Source: an uncultured Opitutaceae bacterium
Lineage (GTDB): Bacteria > Verrucomicrobiota > Verrucomicrobiia > Opitutales > Opitutaceae
Direction: 5' to 3'
Assembly (NCBI GenBank): GCA_964475035.1
Contig: CAYYVB010000001.1
Span: 7,573-71,572 of the forward strand
Length of the DNA stretch: 64,000 nucleotides
Under the pieces are notes generated by a model, which was not told the origin of the DNA, did no database searches, and saw only the letters and a list, made by a program, of their open reading frames with translations. The position numbers and the translations under genes are program-made. This document shows, in pieces, positions 46,001 to 54,238 of the stretch (the first letter of the stretch is position 1; each line of letters starts with the position of its first letter).

Positions 46001-46629
46001 TCGCGGCCAATCATGTTCTCCTTCTGGAGTTCGCTCATCGCGTTGAGCTTGGTCCAGTCGTGCACGAACTTTTGCGTGAGGAGGAACGCGCCGCCACGGT
46101 TTGGCGCGTCCTCTTCGCCGATCACCACGCGGTCGGACAAATCCTCGGCGTCGGCCGGGTTTTCGAGTCCGTCGATGAACCGCCCGCCGAGCACCTTGCC
46201 TTGGTGGCGTTTCTTGGCCGGGACGATGAGTGGCTCGCGGGAATACAGTCCTTGCAGACGTTCGACGATAAGCCCCTGCAGGCGCTGGGCCTCGGCTTCG
46301 CAGTCCGATTTGACGTGGAACCAGAGGTCGCCGCCGGTGTTGCCGAAGGCTTGGGAGAGTTCGTCGAGCTTGCGCTTCGAGCCCATGCCTTCGGGGCGAG
46401 AGTAACCGAGCTCCTTGCTCCAAGCCTCCCAAAGTTCGAAGCCGACGCCCAGCAGGACTACGGTGCGGTAGCCGGTGACCTGGCAGCGGCGCTCGAGTTC
46501 GCGCGCGAGCGTCTGCCAGACGGCGTGTGATTTCTTGGTGTAATCCCCGATGTAGTAAGTGCCGTAGACGGCGAATTCAGGGAAGTACGCGAGGCCGGAC
46601 TGGCTGAAGGCCAGATTGAGCGGTTTCAT
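43063..46629 (-). CDS. DyP-type heme peroxidase / glycyl radical enzyme fusion
   Basis: N-terminal ~305 aa: RFIDGLENP, QKFVHD, MIGR, SHIKR, IVRQALPYG. C-terminal: GHNAPGY, SIGRLDQ, QVTVGG, P.LSLRVH, DGCYEP, VRMGGWSEFF. Confidence 0.92.
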   Translation of the reverse strand: MKPLNLAFSQSGLAYFPEFAVYGTYYIGDYTKKSHAVWQTLARELERRCQVTGYRTVVLLGVGFELWEAWSKELGYSRPEGMGSKRKLDELSQAFGNTGGDLWFHVKSDCEAEAQRLQGLIVERLQGLYSREPLIVPAKKRHQGKVLGGRFIDGLENPADAEDLSDRVVIGEEDAPNRGGAFLLTQKFVHDWTKLNAMSELQKENMIGRDHKDRLVPMDDESSHIKRVRQLDGQRINFRIVRQALPYGHKTDNKANEEGVFFAGYVKATHAIDRILDGIAGSQKGFIQDSLFSATRSHHGSYWFVPSRLQCGLDPCPASGEITMNEYFNYRSKNGYMFYNARDYQHKVRTSKLTEDCPLSDRILILINKQFSRWQDTWFKPRETPPLGHLRDYLASDEKHLLTASIALRKGKAIQLSLAQVLVSPEYSRRANLMLIDARELIVGNMPQLSLGIGNQVMEYLSEDEKIAGFFGTLNEYSATGHNAPGYPLLLAQGIDGVAAAFAAKLATAAADTRDFYQSVVWALDGLSKFIEAYAALATRMAHDEQYPPSERANLRDIAARMQRLAHEKPATFNEGLQLVYITNCAFHQTGEPHSIGRLDQQLIGLLEADLARGALTLAAAQELIDAFWLKMDETVLYNYENLNDYLNYGTGAVFYSAGNFPQGAAINQWVQQVTVGGYKANAAGEPEDASNAITLMCLRSARRLPLNAPCLSLRVHQKMKPELFTEAAKALLSGGAHPILLNDDKLVPALADCGPVRLEDARDYTCDGCYEPVLVGKTEWAFCYVTVVPMIDYAMNQGCNIQGAGPINLRGLKNSWNSPSPDRIASFEQFMEIFYTHWKWAISGFYNSLMHNYGALANYCPSPLFSAFLDDTLESGRDLTDGGARYHFVAPMMCGITNAINSLWAIKHLVYDPATARCSLPQLLRCLQCNWGNDMIEPYYSTIEGALRRSEDALFFQQLREAALAVPKFGTGADPKLTAFAGEVVANLVRVIHDGLKHPLPGIQEAYDGLKQKYGTPERPFAFTVTPGVGTFEDNVGLGMGQGATAEGRLNGQPFAADFTATPWPDDLPLNPQASDAFVSLRDWNLRSICHGIANAAPSDLNIPEDFPLERLAQLISDFSHGKLGSNMITITCADTDTYQQAADLPERYDLVRVRMGGWSEFFIAMFDFHQNYIMRRPYYLPGPAQK

Positions 46630-46974
46630 CGGTCAGCTCCTTCGTGGGGTGGTGGTTTAGCCGGCGTGGGAAGACGCCAGCGTGCGGGTATAATTCATCG
46701 CGTTCGTTTCGGTTGGCGGCCCGCAACCACTCAAAGCTGAGCAATGAACTGAGCGCACCATTGCTGTGCATCGGCACGGTGGCAAGCGGTGGATTGGTCA
46801 GCTAAATAGTAATCAGATTTACTTCACTTAGACTCACGACGTCGGGTGAAGTCCCCGCGGGGTATTGCTTCTGCGACGAGGCAGAAGTTCAACCCCTTGG
46901 ATTGATGTGCCGCTGTAATCTTGCGCAACGGAAGCGGAACGCGTGCAACACTTGGCCCCGTTTGCTTGGCTCGC

Positions 46975-47913
46975 ATGATGAACTCATTCGACCAAGCGTG
47001 CATAGACTTCGTGAAATACTGCGCCGAAGAGCGCAAATTCAGCCGTCATACGGTGAAGGCGTATCGGCTGGATCTAGTGGGCTTTTCGGCCTTTGTCGGC
47101 GCGGAAAGTCCTGACATCGTAAGCCTCGGGCAACTTACGCCGGAGATATTGCGGAGCTACGTTCGGTCTCGATGCCACATGAAGCCGCGGACAATCCGTC
47201 GCAACATCGCCTGTGTGAAGTCATTTCTTCGCTTCCTCCATGTGGATGGGAGAATCAAGGTGGATTTGGCTGCTGAATGGCGGAGCGGCGTAAAAGTGGG
47301 AAAAACTCTGCCGCGCACGATCTCGCGACCTGCGGTCGAGAGCATGTTTGTGACGGTGTATCGACAGCCAGCCTCACGCAAACGCCGCGAATTGATACGT
47401 CACGCAAGGGATCGCACGCTGATGGAGATTCTGTTCTGCGGAGGGCTGCGTGTCACCGAGGTGTCCGACCTTTTGATCACGTCGATCGATCTGGGAGACG
47501 ATGCCATTCGCGTGAATGGGAAAGGCAGCCGGGAGCGTATCGTTCCAATTGTAAGTGCGCAGCTTCGCCAGGCCCTGCGAAAATGGTTGGAGATCCGGCG
47601 GAGATACCGACCGGACAGTCCGGCGTTGTTTGTGAACCGGTGTGGGCGTCGGCTCAGCGACCAATCGATCCGCGCGATAATCAAGCGGACGGCCAACGCG
47701 AGCGGAGCGGGACGTGTGACGCCGCACATGCTCCGCCACACCATCGCCACACAGCTTCTGGAGCAGGGGCTGGACTTGCGGCATATCCAGCGATTGCTCG
47801 GGCATAGTTCGATAACGACGACGACGATCTATGCGCAAGTAAGCGATCGTTCTCACCGGGAAGCATTACAGCTACGCCACCCTCGGAGGCTTATGGCGGC
47901 TGCTCCCAGATAA
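46975..47913 (+). CDS. Tyrosine recombinase, XerC/XerD-like
   Basis: SRHTVKAYRLDL, GLRVTE, GKGSRER, PHMLRHTIAT, LLGHSSITTTTIY: full R-K-H-R-H-Y set. Confidence 0.93.
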   Translation: MMNSFDQACIDFVKYCAEERKFSRHTVKAYRLDLVGFSAFVGAESPDIVSLGQLTPEILRSYVRSRCHMKPRTIRRNIACVKSFLRFLHVDGRIKVDLAAEWRSGVKVGKTLPRTISRPAVESMFVTVYRQPASRKRRELIRHARDRTLMEILFCGGLRVTEVSDLLITSIDLGDDAIRVNGKGSRERIVPIVSAQLRQALRKWLEIRRRYRPDSPALFVNRCGRRLSDQSIRAIIKRTANASGAGRVTPHMLRHTIATQLLEQGLDLRHIQRLLGHSSITTTTIYAQVSDRSHREALQLRHPRRLMAAAPR

Positions 47914-47915
47914 AA

Positions 47916-47938
47916 TAAGGGATAACTAAGGATTATCC
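47916..47938 (+). repeat. Left 23-bp inverted repeat, putative recombination site
   Basis: TAAGGGATAACTAAGGATTATCC, exact reverse complement of 50624-50646. Confidence 0.9.
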
Positions 47939-47948
47939 TTCTCCATCC

Positions 47949-49127
47949 ATGATCGACCGTCGCATTTTCAGACCAGATGACTACGGGAAATTGCAGGCGC
48001 GCTATTTCTCCGATTTGCGTGCGACTGGTGTGGTCGACGCCGACCCTTCAGGATGGCTGAGCACCTATTCTCAAGCGGAGACATTGGCACGGGTGCCGCG
48101 AGTCACACCTCGCGATTTGGCGCGATACTACATCGATGAAGGCATCGCACTCGGTGCGGACAAAGAACGCATCTGTTCGCTCGTCAGCAGCTGGGAAGGC
48201 ACTCGTGTTGAAGCCGACCAGATCACGTTGTGCCCATCGGGTGCGAGTATTTCGCTAGTGACACTGGCGGCATTGAAAGCGTCGGGAGTCCAGCGGGTGC
48301 TTTTCGAGACGCCCGGATATTTTGGGACAATTGAACAGGCGACGGAAATCGGGTTGCCGTTTCAGTTGGTGCCAACTTACCGGGCCGAAGACTATCGTTT
48401 GCCGGATTTGCGGAAGTGGATTCCCTCCCGGACCAAAGTCGCCTTGTGGGTCACGCAGCCGCGTGCCTCTTTGGGCTTCGATCAGCGACCTGATGAATTG
48501 ACACGCTTGTTGGACCGACTTGGCGGCGGATTTCTCGTCGTGGATGAGGCCACCGATCAGTCGTTCCCGGCTCATCTGGCCGCCTTTCGTCGGGAGTGCG
48601 GTAGTCGGAATCTGATTCGGCTTCGGAGCTTCACGAAGGGGATGGGACTCAATGGGCTTCGCCTTGCTGCGGCGATTCATCCGCGGGCGTTTCGTAGGAC
48701 GATGGTGGATTGTTTGGAGGCATTGGGTGGATCGCTCGATGTCCACAGTCTCCGAGCAGTCGGCGATCTTGGCGCCGACATGGCCAGGTTGCGCGCAATG
48801 TTGCGGGCCGCGAATCAGCAGGTGAATGACCTGCGCGCCAAAGCAGAACGCATGACGCGAGGCTCGCCGCTCCAGGTAAATCGCCTAACCAACGGCTACA
48901 TTGGGAGCATGGTTGCGGACTTGAGTGCACTCGGTCGCACCCATTCGGAGAGAAGAACGCGTCTCTTGGAAGGATGCCGCCGGGCGCGCACTCCCGTTAT
49001 GCTCGGCGCGAGCATGTATCTCGCGAAAGACCATCCTTTCGAGGCTATCCGGCTAAATTTATTCAATCACCCGGAACACATTATCCGAGGCATCGCCAAC
49101 GTGATCGGGATTTGGCAGCGCGGCTAA
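47949..49127 (+). CDS. PLP-dependent aminotransferase class I/II-like protein
   Basis: FLVVDEA; RSFTKGMGLNGLRLA (PLP lysine motif); C-terminal IRLN. Confidence 0.8.
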   Translation: MIDRRIFRPDDYGKLQARYFSDLRATGVVDADPSGWLSTYSQAETLARVPRVTPRDLARYYIDEGIALGADKERICSLVSSWEGTRVEADQITLCPSGASISLVTLAALKASGVQRVLFETPGYFGTIEQATEIGLPFQLVPTYRAEDYRLPDLRKWIPSRTKVALWVTQPRASLGFDQRPDELTRLLDRLGGGFLVVDEATDQSFPAHLAAFRRECGSRNLIRLRSFTKGMGLNGLRLAAAIHPRAFRRTMVDCLEALGGSLDVHSLRAVGDLGADMARLRAMLRAANQQVNDLRAKAERMTRGSPLQVNRLTNGYIGSMVADLSALGRTHSERRTRLLEGCRRARTPVMLGASMYLAKDHPFEAIRLNLFNHPEHIIRGIANVIGIWQRG

Positions 49128-50623
49128 AGGATGTCCTTCACGGCCTTCCTCAGCTTGGCGATTTTCGAGGCTGCAATGTCCAGCTTCAGTTCGGCGATGA
49201 GATTTCCGGGAAGGTAAGCCTTGAGCCGTAGGTGCGGCGATTCCCTGAGCTTTCCACCGCCACCAAACTCCACTGCGACGATTGACTCTGTCGGCACATC
49301 GGAGGAACCAGACGAAACTCGTCTTCTCCCGGCAGTCGATGGCGGCGGTCCAGCCACGCGCCGCTCCTCGACTTTGCGACTGATCCGATTGAGCTCGATC
49401 CGTGTGCGGGTCGCGAGAAAGAGCGCCATGAAGAGCATCACATTGCTCCCCTGCGAAAAGGTCAGACCCAGATCCCAAGGGGAGTTGTGCCGAACGAGTT
49501 TAGTGATGCGCGCTGGCGTGCGCGCAAAAAGCGGCTGTAGCACCCGATAGTAGTAGCGGCGGTGCTGGTGCCCCTCTACGAGGAAGGAAACCTCTTTGTC
49601 CGCGATGCCCGTGCACTGATCGAGCACGACGAGATACTGGTCAACAATCCGAGACAGCGACAGATGAACGCCGTTTATGGCCGCGATGGTTTGATGATGC
49701 GGCGCCGAATCGCCGAGACCGCGGAGCAACCCGTCGGTCATGCTGTGCATTCGGATGATCACATGGATCGTAAGTTGATCCCGCTCGTAGAGCCCGAGCA
49801 GAAACTCCACCCACCTATTCAAGACGACCGCGAAGCTTCCGGCCGTCCGAAACATTCGCATCCACGATCCCAAGTCGATCGCATCATCCAAGTGGTGCGT
49901 CCCGTCGAGCAACGTTCCTGAGAGGAAATACTGGAGGTTGAGTTTTTGCAGCGGAGGCGCCTCTGAATCGCGTAGCATTCGAGCGATGCGATTCACCTCG
50001 ATCTTTTTGTGCGGCCCGTCTGCACGACCGTCGCGCAAAGGACCATCGTATTTCGTGGCCACAATCCCGAAGTTGTCCGCCAAAGTTTGAGTCTGAAGCT
50101 CGGTTTTGACGAACACGCTGTCCGTCAGTCTGCACATCTCGAATACCTGGTTGTTAGTCTGGCAGCCGCGGAATTCACAACGCGTGAACGAACAAGCCTT
50201 GATGAGCAGGAACCTAAGATCGCAGTCGACGAAAACGGTTTGATCGAATTCGCAGTTCTGAATGTCCGTGTCGTGAAAGGAGCAGCGTTCGAAGACGGTT
50301 TTTAGGACCGTGTTGTAGGCCATGCTGCTGGAACCGAAATTCGCGTCCGAAAATCGACTCTCGCGGATGGCGTTATCCTTGAAATCGCAGCGCTCGAAGT
50401 TGACCCGCTCGGCACGAAAACCATCGAGGGCAGATTCGATGATGTTGCAGGCCCGCGCCGTCCGGTGGTCACGAAGCACGCCGGTGAGTTCGACGGCCCG
50501 GAGTTCGCGCTCGAAAAGGCCTTGATCATCGGTTCCGGCGAGGACGATCCGACGGGGCTGCGACGAAAGTGCAGTCGAAGACTTAACGACGAGTGAGTGG
50601 ATGGGCTTCCTCGGAGGGGACAC
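49124..50623 (-). CDS. Pentapeptide-repeat protein with unknown C-terminal domain
   Basis: Repeats FERCD FKDNA IRESR FSDAN ... FERCS FHDTD IQNCE FDQTV FVDCD. Confidence 0.85.
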   Translation of the reverse strand: MSPPRKPIHSLVVKSSTALSSQPRRIVLAGTDDQGLFERELRAVELTGVLRDHRTARACNIIESALDGFRAERVNFERCDFKDNAIRESRFSDANFGSSSMAYNTVLKTVFERCSFHDTDIQNCEFDQTVFVDCDLRFLLIKACSFTRCEFRGCQTNNQVFEMCRLTDSVFVKTELQTQTLADNFGIVATKYDGPLRDGRADGPHKKIEVNRIARMLRDSEAPPLQKLNLQYFLSGTLLDGTHHLDDAIDLGSWMRMFRTAGSFAVVLNRWVEFLLGLYERDQLTIHVIIRMHSMTDGLLRGLGDSAPHHQTIAAINGVHLSLSRIVDQYLVVLDQCTGIADKEVSFLVEGHQHRRYYYRVLQPLFARTPARITKLVRHNSPWDLGLTFSQGSNVMLFMALFLATRTRIELNRISRKVEERRVAGPPPSTAGRRRVSSGSSDVPTESIVAVEFGGGGKLRESPHLRLKAYLPGNLIAELKLDIAASKIAKLRKAVKDIL

Positions 50624-50646
50624 GGATAATCCTTAGTTATCCCTTA
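50624..50646 (-). repeat. Right 23-bp inverted repeat, putative recombination site
   Basis: GGATAATCCTTAGTTATCCCTTA, directly abutting the GTG start of the pentapeptide gene. Confidence 0.9.
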
Positions 50647-51111
50647 ATTGCCACTGAGACACCGGGAGTGAGCCTCGTGAGGCAATAGCGATTCTCTCGG
50701 TCGGCTCCGTCATTGCGCGACAATGAGAGGTAAGCTTGGGCGCGTTAAGTTTGTTGGACATGGGTCTCGTCGGGTGATTTTCTTGGCCCGAAGGAAACCA
50801 CGCTCCAGGAGGTTAGTGGTGGCCGCGTGAGCAACAAGCTCGATTTTTCTTACGATGCGTCACACAGCGTGCTTTTCACAGCGACAAGAACGTTTCGAGA
50901 AATCCGTCGCGGCGACTTGAATGGCGTCGGTGAATTACACGCGACCGCCTATTGATACGAGGGCAGCATAAAGTAGCGTGGCTGCGAGCGCGCAGACTCC
51001 ACTGCTCATTTTTCCTCAACTTTGTCCCTCCCGTCCAAGCAGTGCGAACACCGTATTCGTATGCTGCTTCTGGAAGCGCTCGAGCCGGGCCAGCGTGGGC
51101 ATTTCCGATGA

Positions 51112-52011
51112 ATGCCACAATCAGCAACTCCTCTTGGCCCAGGAGATCGCAAGGTCTCCGCATGTTCGGCGCCGCGAAACAAATCCGTTCGCGGGCGCCA
51201 CCTGACGAACAACCGTGGCTTCAGCGTCAGCTATGGTCTACGGCCACCTCATAAATGGGCCGAGCACGCGCACAGCCGGGTTCAGATCGTTCTGGCGCTC
51301 GACCCGGTCGATGCGGTCATCAGCTGGAAATTTCGCGGCAAACAGGAGCGTCGCGGCGTTGCCGGCCAATTCGTCTGGCTGTTGCCCGCCAACACGCCCC
51401 ACTCGGCGGATTGGCACGGCGAGGCCGGCATGGTCGTCTTGTTGGTCGATCCGGTGTTTGTCCGCGCCGTATGCCAGAGAGACGTGACTACCGCGCGGCT
51501 TGAGGAATTCTCATCCCTTTCCCGATTCGATCTGCGCGTCTGGCACCTGGCCGGTGATTTCCGCCGACTTTGCCATGATGGGCACCTCTCCGATGCGCCT
51601 TTGGCTGAGTCCATGGGCACCTTGCTGGCTGCCTACTTGCTGCGCTCGCTTCACCGTTCGGGTGCGGAAGGCGCTCCAGGCCTGCCGAACGCCACATTAC
51701 GCGAGGTGCTTGAATACATCGATACTCACTTGCGCGAAACGATTACACGGGTGGTTTTGGCCCGCATCGCCCGCTTGGGCGTCCGCAGTTTCTCGCGCCA
51801 GTTCAAGCAGAGAACCGGACTCACTCCGTGCGATTATGTCCGGCGCCGACGCACGACCCGTGCGTTGGAATTGTTGGAGAACAGCAGCCTGAAGCGATCC
51901 GCCATCGCCGGTGAAGTCGGCTTCTACGACCAGAGCCATATGCTCAAGCAGATCCGACGGCTGCGGGCCGAGGAGATGTCTTCAATCCATGAAAATCCTG
52001 CCGCATGCTGA
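51112..52011 (+). CDS. AraC-family transcriptional regulator
   Basis: Cupin-like EHAH..QI; FSRQFKQRTGLTP.DY...IAGEVGFYDQSH. Confidence 0.9.
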   Translation: MPQSATPLGPGDRKVSACSAPRNKSVRGRHLTNNRGFSVSYGLRPPHKWAEHAHSRVQIVLALDPVDAVISWKFRGKQERRGVAGQFVWLLPANTPHSADWHGEAGMVVLLVDPVFVRAVCQRDVTTARLEEFSSLSRFDLRVWHLAGDFRRLCHDGHLSDAPLAESMGTLLAAYLLRSLHRSGAEGAPGLPNATLREVLEYIDTHLRETITRVVLARIARLGVRSFSRQFKQRTGLTPCDYVRRRRTTRALELLENSSLKRSAIAGEVGFYDQSHMLKQIRRLRAEEMSSIHENPAAC

Positions 52012-52277
52012 CAGCCAAGCGAGCGCGCCCCCTGGCGAGCTTCTCCAGTCGCCGCGCCGGCTTGGGCAATCCAGCCTGGACCACAGGACGCCGGCGGATC
52101 GGGCGAGCCAGAGTGCGGCTCACCGCTTATTTCGTCCCCCCGTCCTAGCCAGCGAGTTTGGGTTGATGGCAGGATGGCACTCATTTCCGCGGTCGCCAGT
52201 CGTGACCGCGTTTTCCCACAGCAGATCGCGTAGCTCCCATCGGAGACCTCCGCGCCAACCTCATCCACTCATGCATC

Positions 52278-52601
52278 ATGCCTTGTCGTTCCTCCCTAAT
52301 CCTTACGGTTCAGCTGACCGACTCAGACTACCGGCCATTCGCCTGCGCGATCCGTAGGTTGCGCCGAATCATGGGCGACAAAGCCCCGGACGTCATCGCG
52401 CTTATCCAGACCAATCTTCGGGGCCGTGACGCCCGCGGACTGGCTGACGACTACCTCGACTGGGCGGGCTGGCCGTTCCCCAAGCGGCGGCCAAAGTCTC
52501 GTGAAAGCCGGAGCCTGCGGCGCGGCCCCGAAGGGACGCCTCGGCGCCAGCAAGCATTGGAGTCGAGGCTGCGCCTGCCGGCCGACCCGAGCCGGAACTG
52601 A
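52278..52601 (+). CDS. Hypothetical protein
   Basis: Plausible 107-aa ORF; no recognisable family. Confidence 0.4.
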   Translation: MPCRSSLILTVQLTDSDYRPFACAIRRLRRIMGDKAPDVIALIQTNLRGRDARGLADDYLDWAGWPFPKRRPKSRESRSLRRGPEGTPRRQQALESRLRLPADPSRN

Positions 52602-52735
52602 GGTCGTCGCCAACCGGATTTGCGCCGAGGTAGTTGTGTGCGCCGCGCGAAGGTGAGCCCCAACTGGTCACCGCCCGGGCCGGACAGTGTTTCGTAGTTC
52701 ACACTGCGTCCGGCCCGGGCTACTCGCAAAATCGA

Positions 52736-54238
52736 TCAATTTCGCGACGGATCAAGCGAGCGCGTGGAATTGGGCAAGGTGAACGCGGTGTAGGGAAGTC
52801 GCCGCAGAATTGGCTTCCCGGTCCGTCGCGGGTGTTTGACGATCGCACGGCCGGCATCGAGCGCCAGTAATCGCGCCGGCTTGAACCAGGGCTCGTCCAT
52901 GGGCTGCCAGTTGCGCGACGTGCGTCCCCCGCTCACGCCCCCGGAGTATTTGCGGATTTCCCGTCCCCCCATCTTCTCTGCGAGAATCTTCGCTCCTTTT
53001 TCGTCCGCCGCCCGGAAGTGCACCTGCGTTCGCAGATTCGCCATGAAGACATCCGCCTTGTTCGGCGTCTCGAAGGCGGCGTAGAGCGACAGCGGCGTTT
53101 GCGTCGCGGAGAGCAGACACACGCCCGCCTCGCGCAGCTCGTCCACGGTCAGGTGATCCGAGAATCCGTCCTCGGAGACGAGCGTCGTCTTCTGTCCTTC
53201 GTCGAGCACGAGCACGATCATGTTGCGCTGGCGCATTTCTTCCGGGGAGAGGTCGAACCTCCGGAAGGCGTGCAAAAAGAAGAGCTGCTTGAATAGCAGG
53301 TTCAGGTAGCGGCGTTCGACTTGGTAGGTCTGTGGAACCGAGAGACAGATGAGCCGGCCGGCATCGACCTCGGCCAGCGTGAAATTCGGATCGACTGAGC
53401 AAACCACTTCCCGGATGTCCGGCGGCGTATAAGGCCGCAGGAAGTTGGCGACCGTATAGACCGTGCCGCTTTTCTGCTCCGGGGGCTGGGCGGCGAAGTC
53501 CGCAAAATACTGCCGCTCCACCTCGGCTGCCGGACTCGACTGCTCGCCGAGCCGCGCCAACAGGAGCGCGGTTTCCGTCGAGATGCAGATCGCATCATGG
53601 ACATTGGCCAGCGTGACCGGGAGTTCCGCTGCCTCCAGGGCGTGCATCGCATGGGTAATGACATCTCGCGCCGTTTCCTTGAAAAACGACTGTCCTCCCT
53701 TTTGTCCGGCGGCGGTCGCGGTATCGACAATCATCTTGGCGTAGGTGCTCCAAGGAACGTCAGGGTCGCCCAGCAGATTCAGCCGTAGCGGCGGCGTCCA
53801 TTTCGAGAGTGGGACGTGCGTCGGTCGCACGCGGATCAGCCGCAACGTGTCCTCCTGACCCAACGACCGCGCCATCGACTCGAGCGACTTCCATAGAGCT
53901 CCCTTGGAGTCGACGGCGAGGATGCCCGTGTCCGGCAGCGTCGAGCGCAACCCGTGCACGATCGGCACGACGGCCCGCGCGGTCTTGCCCGTGCCGGTCG
54001 CCCCCGTGATGAAGAAATGGCAGCACGCCTCGTCGCGCGTCCATTCGAGGCCCCACAGTTTGAGCACGACGGCATTCCTTTCCTCGAGTTGGGCGACGAG
54101 GGCTAGGTAAGAGAGCCACACGGCGCAGGCTTCGGCGGCAACAGCGAGGGTAAGCCCGACCGGTCCCGGCATCTGCTGCCGCATCCAGAAGGCTCCCGCA
54201 AACGATGCCGCAATCAAGCCGAGCGAATACAGCTTCAC
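52736..54238 (-). CDS. virD4: Type IV coupling protein (VirD4/TraG/TraD-like)
   Basis: Two N-terminal TM segments; HFFITGATGTGKT; VDSKG; LVLDEGQ; REAG...ATQ. Confidence 0.85.
   Translation of the reverse strand: MKLYSLGLIAASFAGAFWMRQQMPGPVGLTLAVAAEACAVWLSYLALVAQLEERNAVVLKLWGLEWTRDEACCHFFITGATGTGKTARAVVPIVHGLRSTLPDTGILAVDSKGALWKSLESMARSLGQEDTLRLIRVRPTHVPLSKWTPPLRLNLLGDPDVPWSTYAKMIVDTATAAGQKGGQSFFKETARDVITHAMHALEAAELPVTLANVHDAICISTETALLLARLGEQSSPAAEVERQYFADFAAQPPEQKSGTVYTVANFLRPYTPPDIREVVCSVDPNFTLAEVDAGRLICLSVPQTYQVERRYLNLLFKQLFFLHAFRRFDLSPEEMRQRNMIVLVLDEGQKTTLVSEDGFSDHLTVDELREAGVCLLSATQTPLSLYAAFETPNKADVFMANLRTQVHFRAADEKGAKILAEKMGGREIRKYSGGVSGGRTSRNWQPMDEPWFKPARLLALDAGRAIVKHPRRTGKPILRRLPYTAFTLPNSTRSLDPSRN

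Noticed and set aside
39858-46530. Very long plus-strand ORFs (909 aa, 1377 aa) and similar ones at 12486-14522 and 59598-61706
   Set aside because: Antisense shadows of high-GC3 genes on the opposite strand; they have no motifs, while the opposite strand has clear families.
46975-47913. Chromosomal xerC/xerD or the element's integrase
   Set aside because: It lies mid-cargo with its own adjacent inverted sites; no housekeeping context, att site or tRNA nearby.
50633-50761. 42-codon minus-strand ORF ending inside the right inverted repeat
   Set aside because: No coding signature or homology evidence; could be a leader peptide but unsupported.
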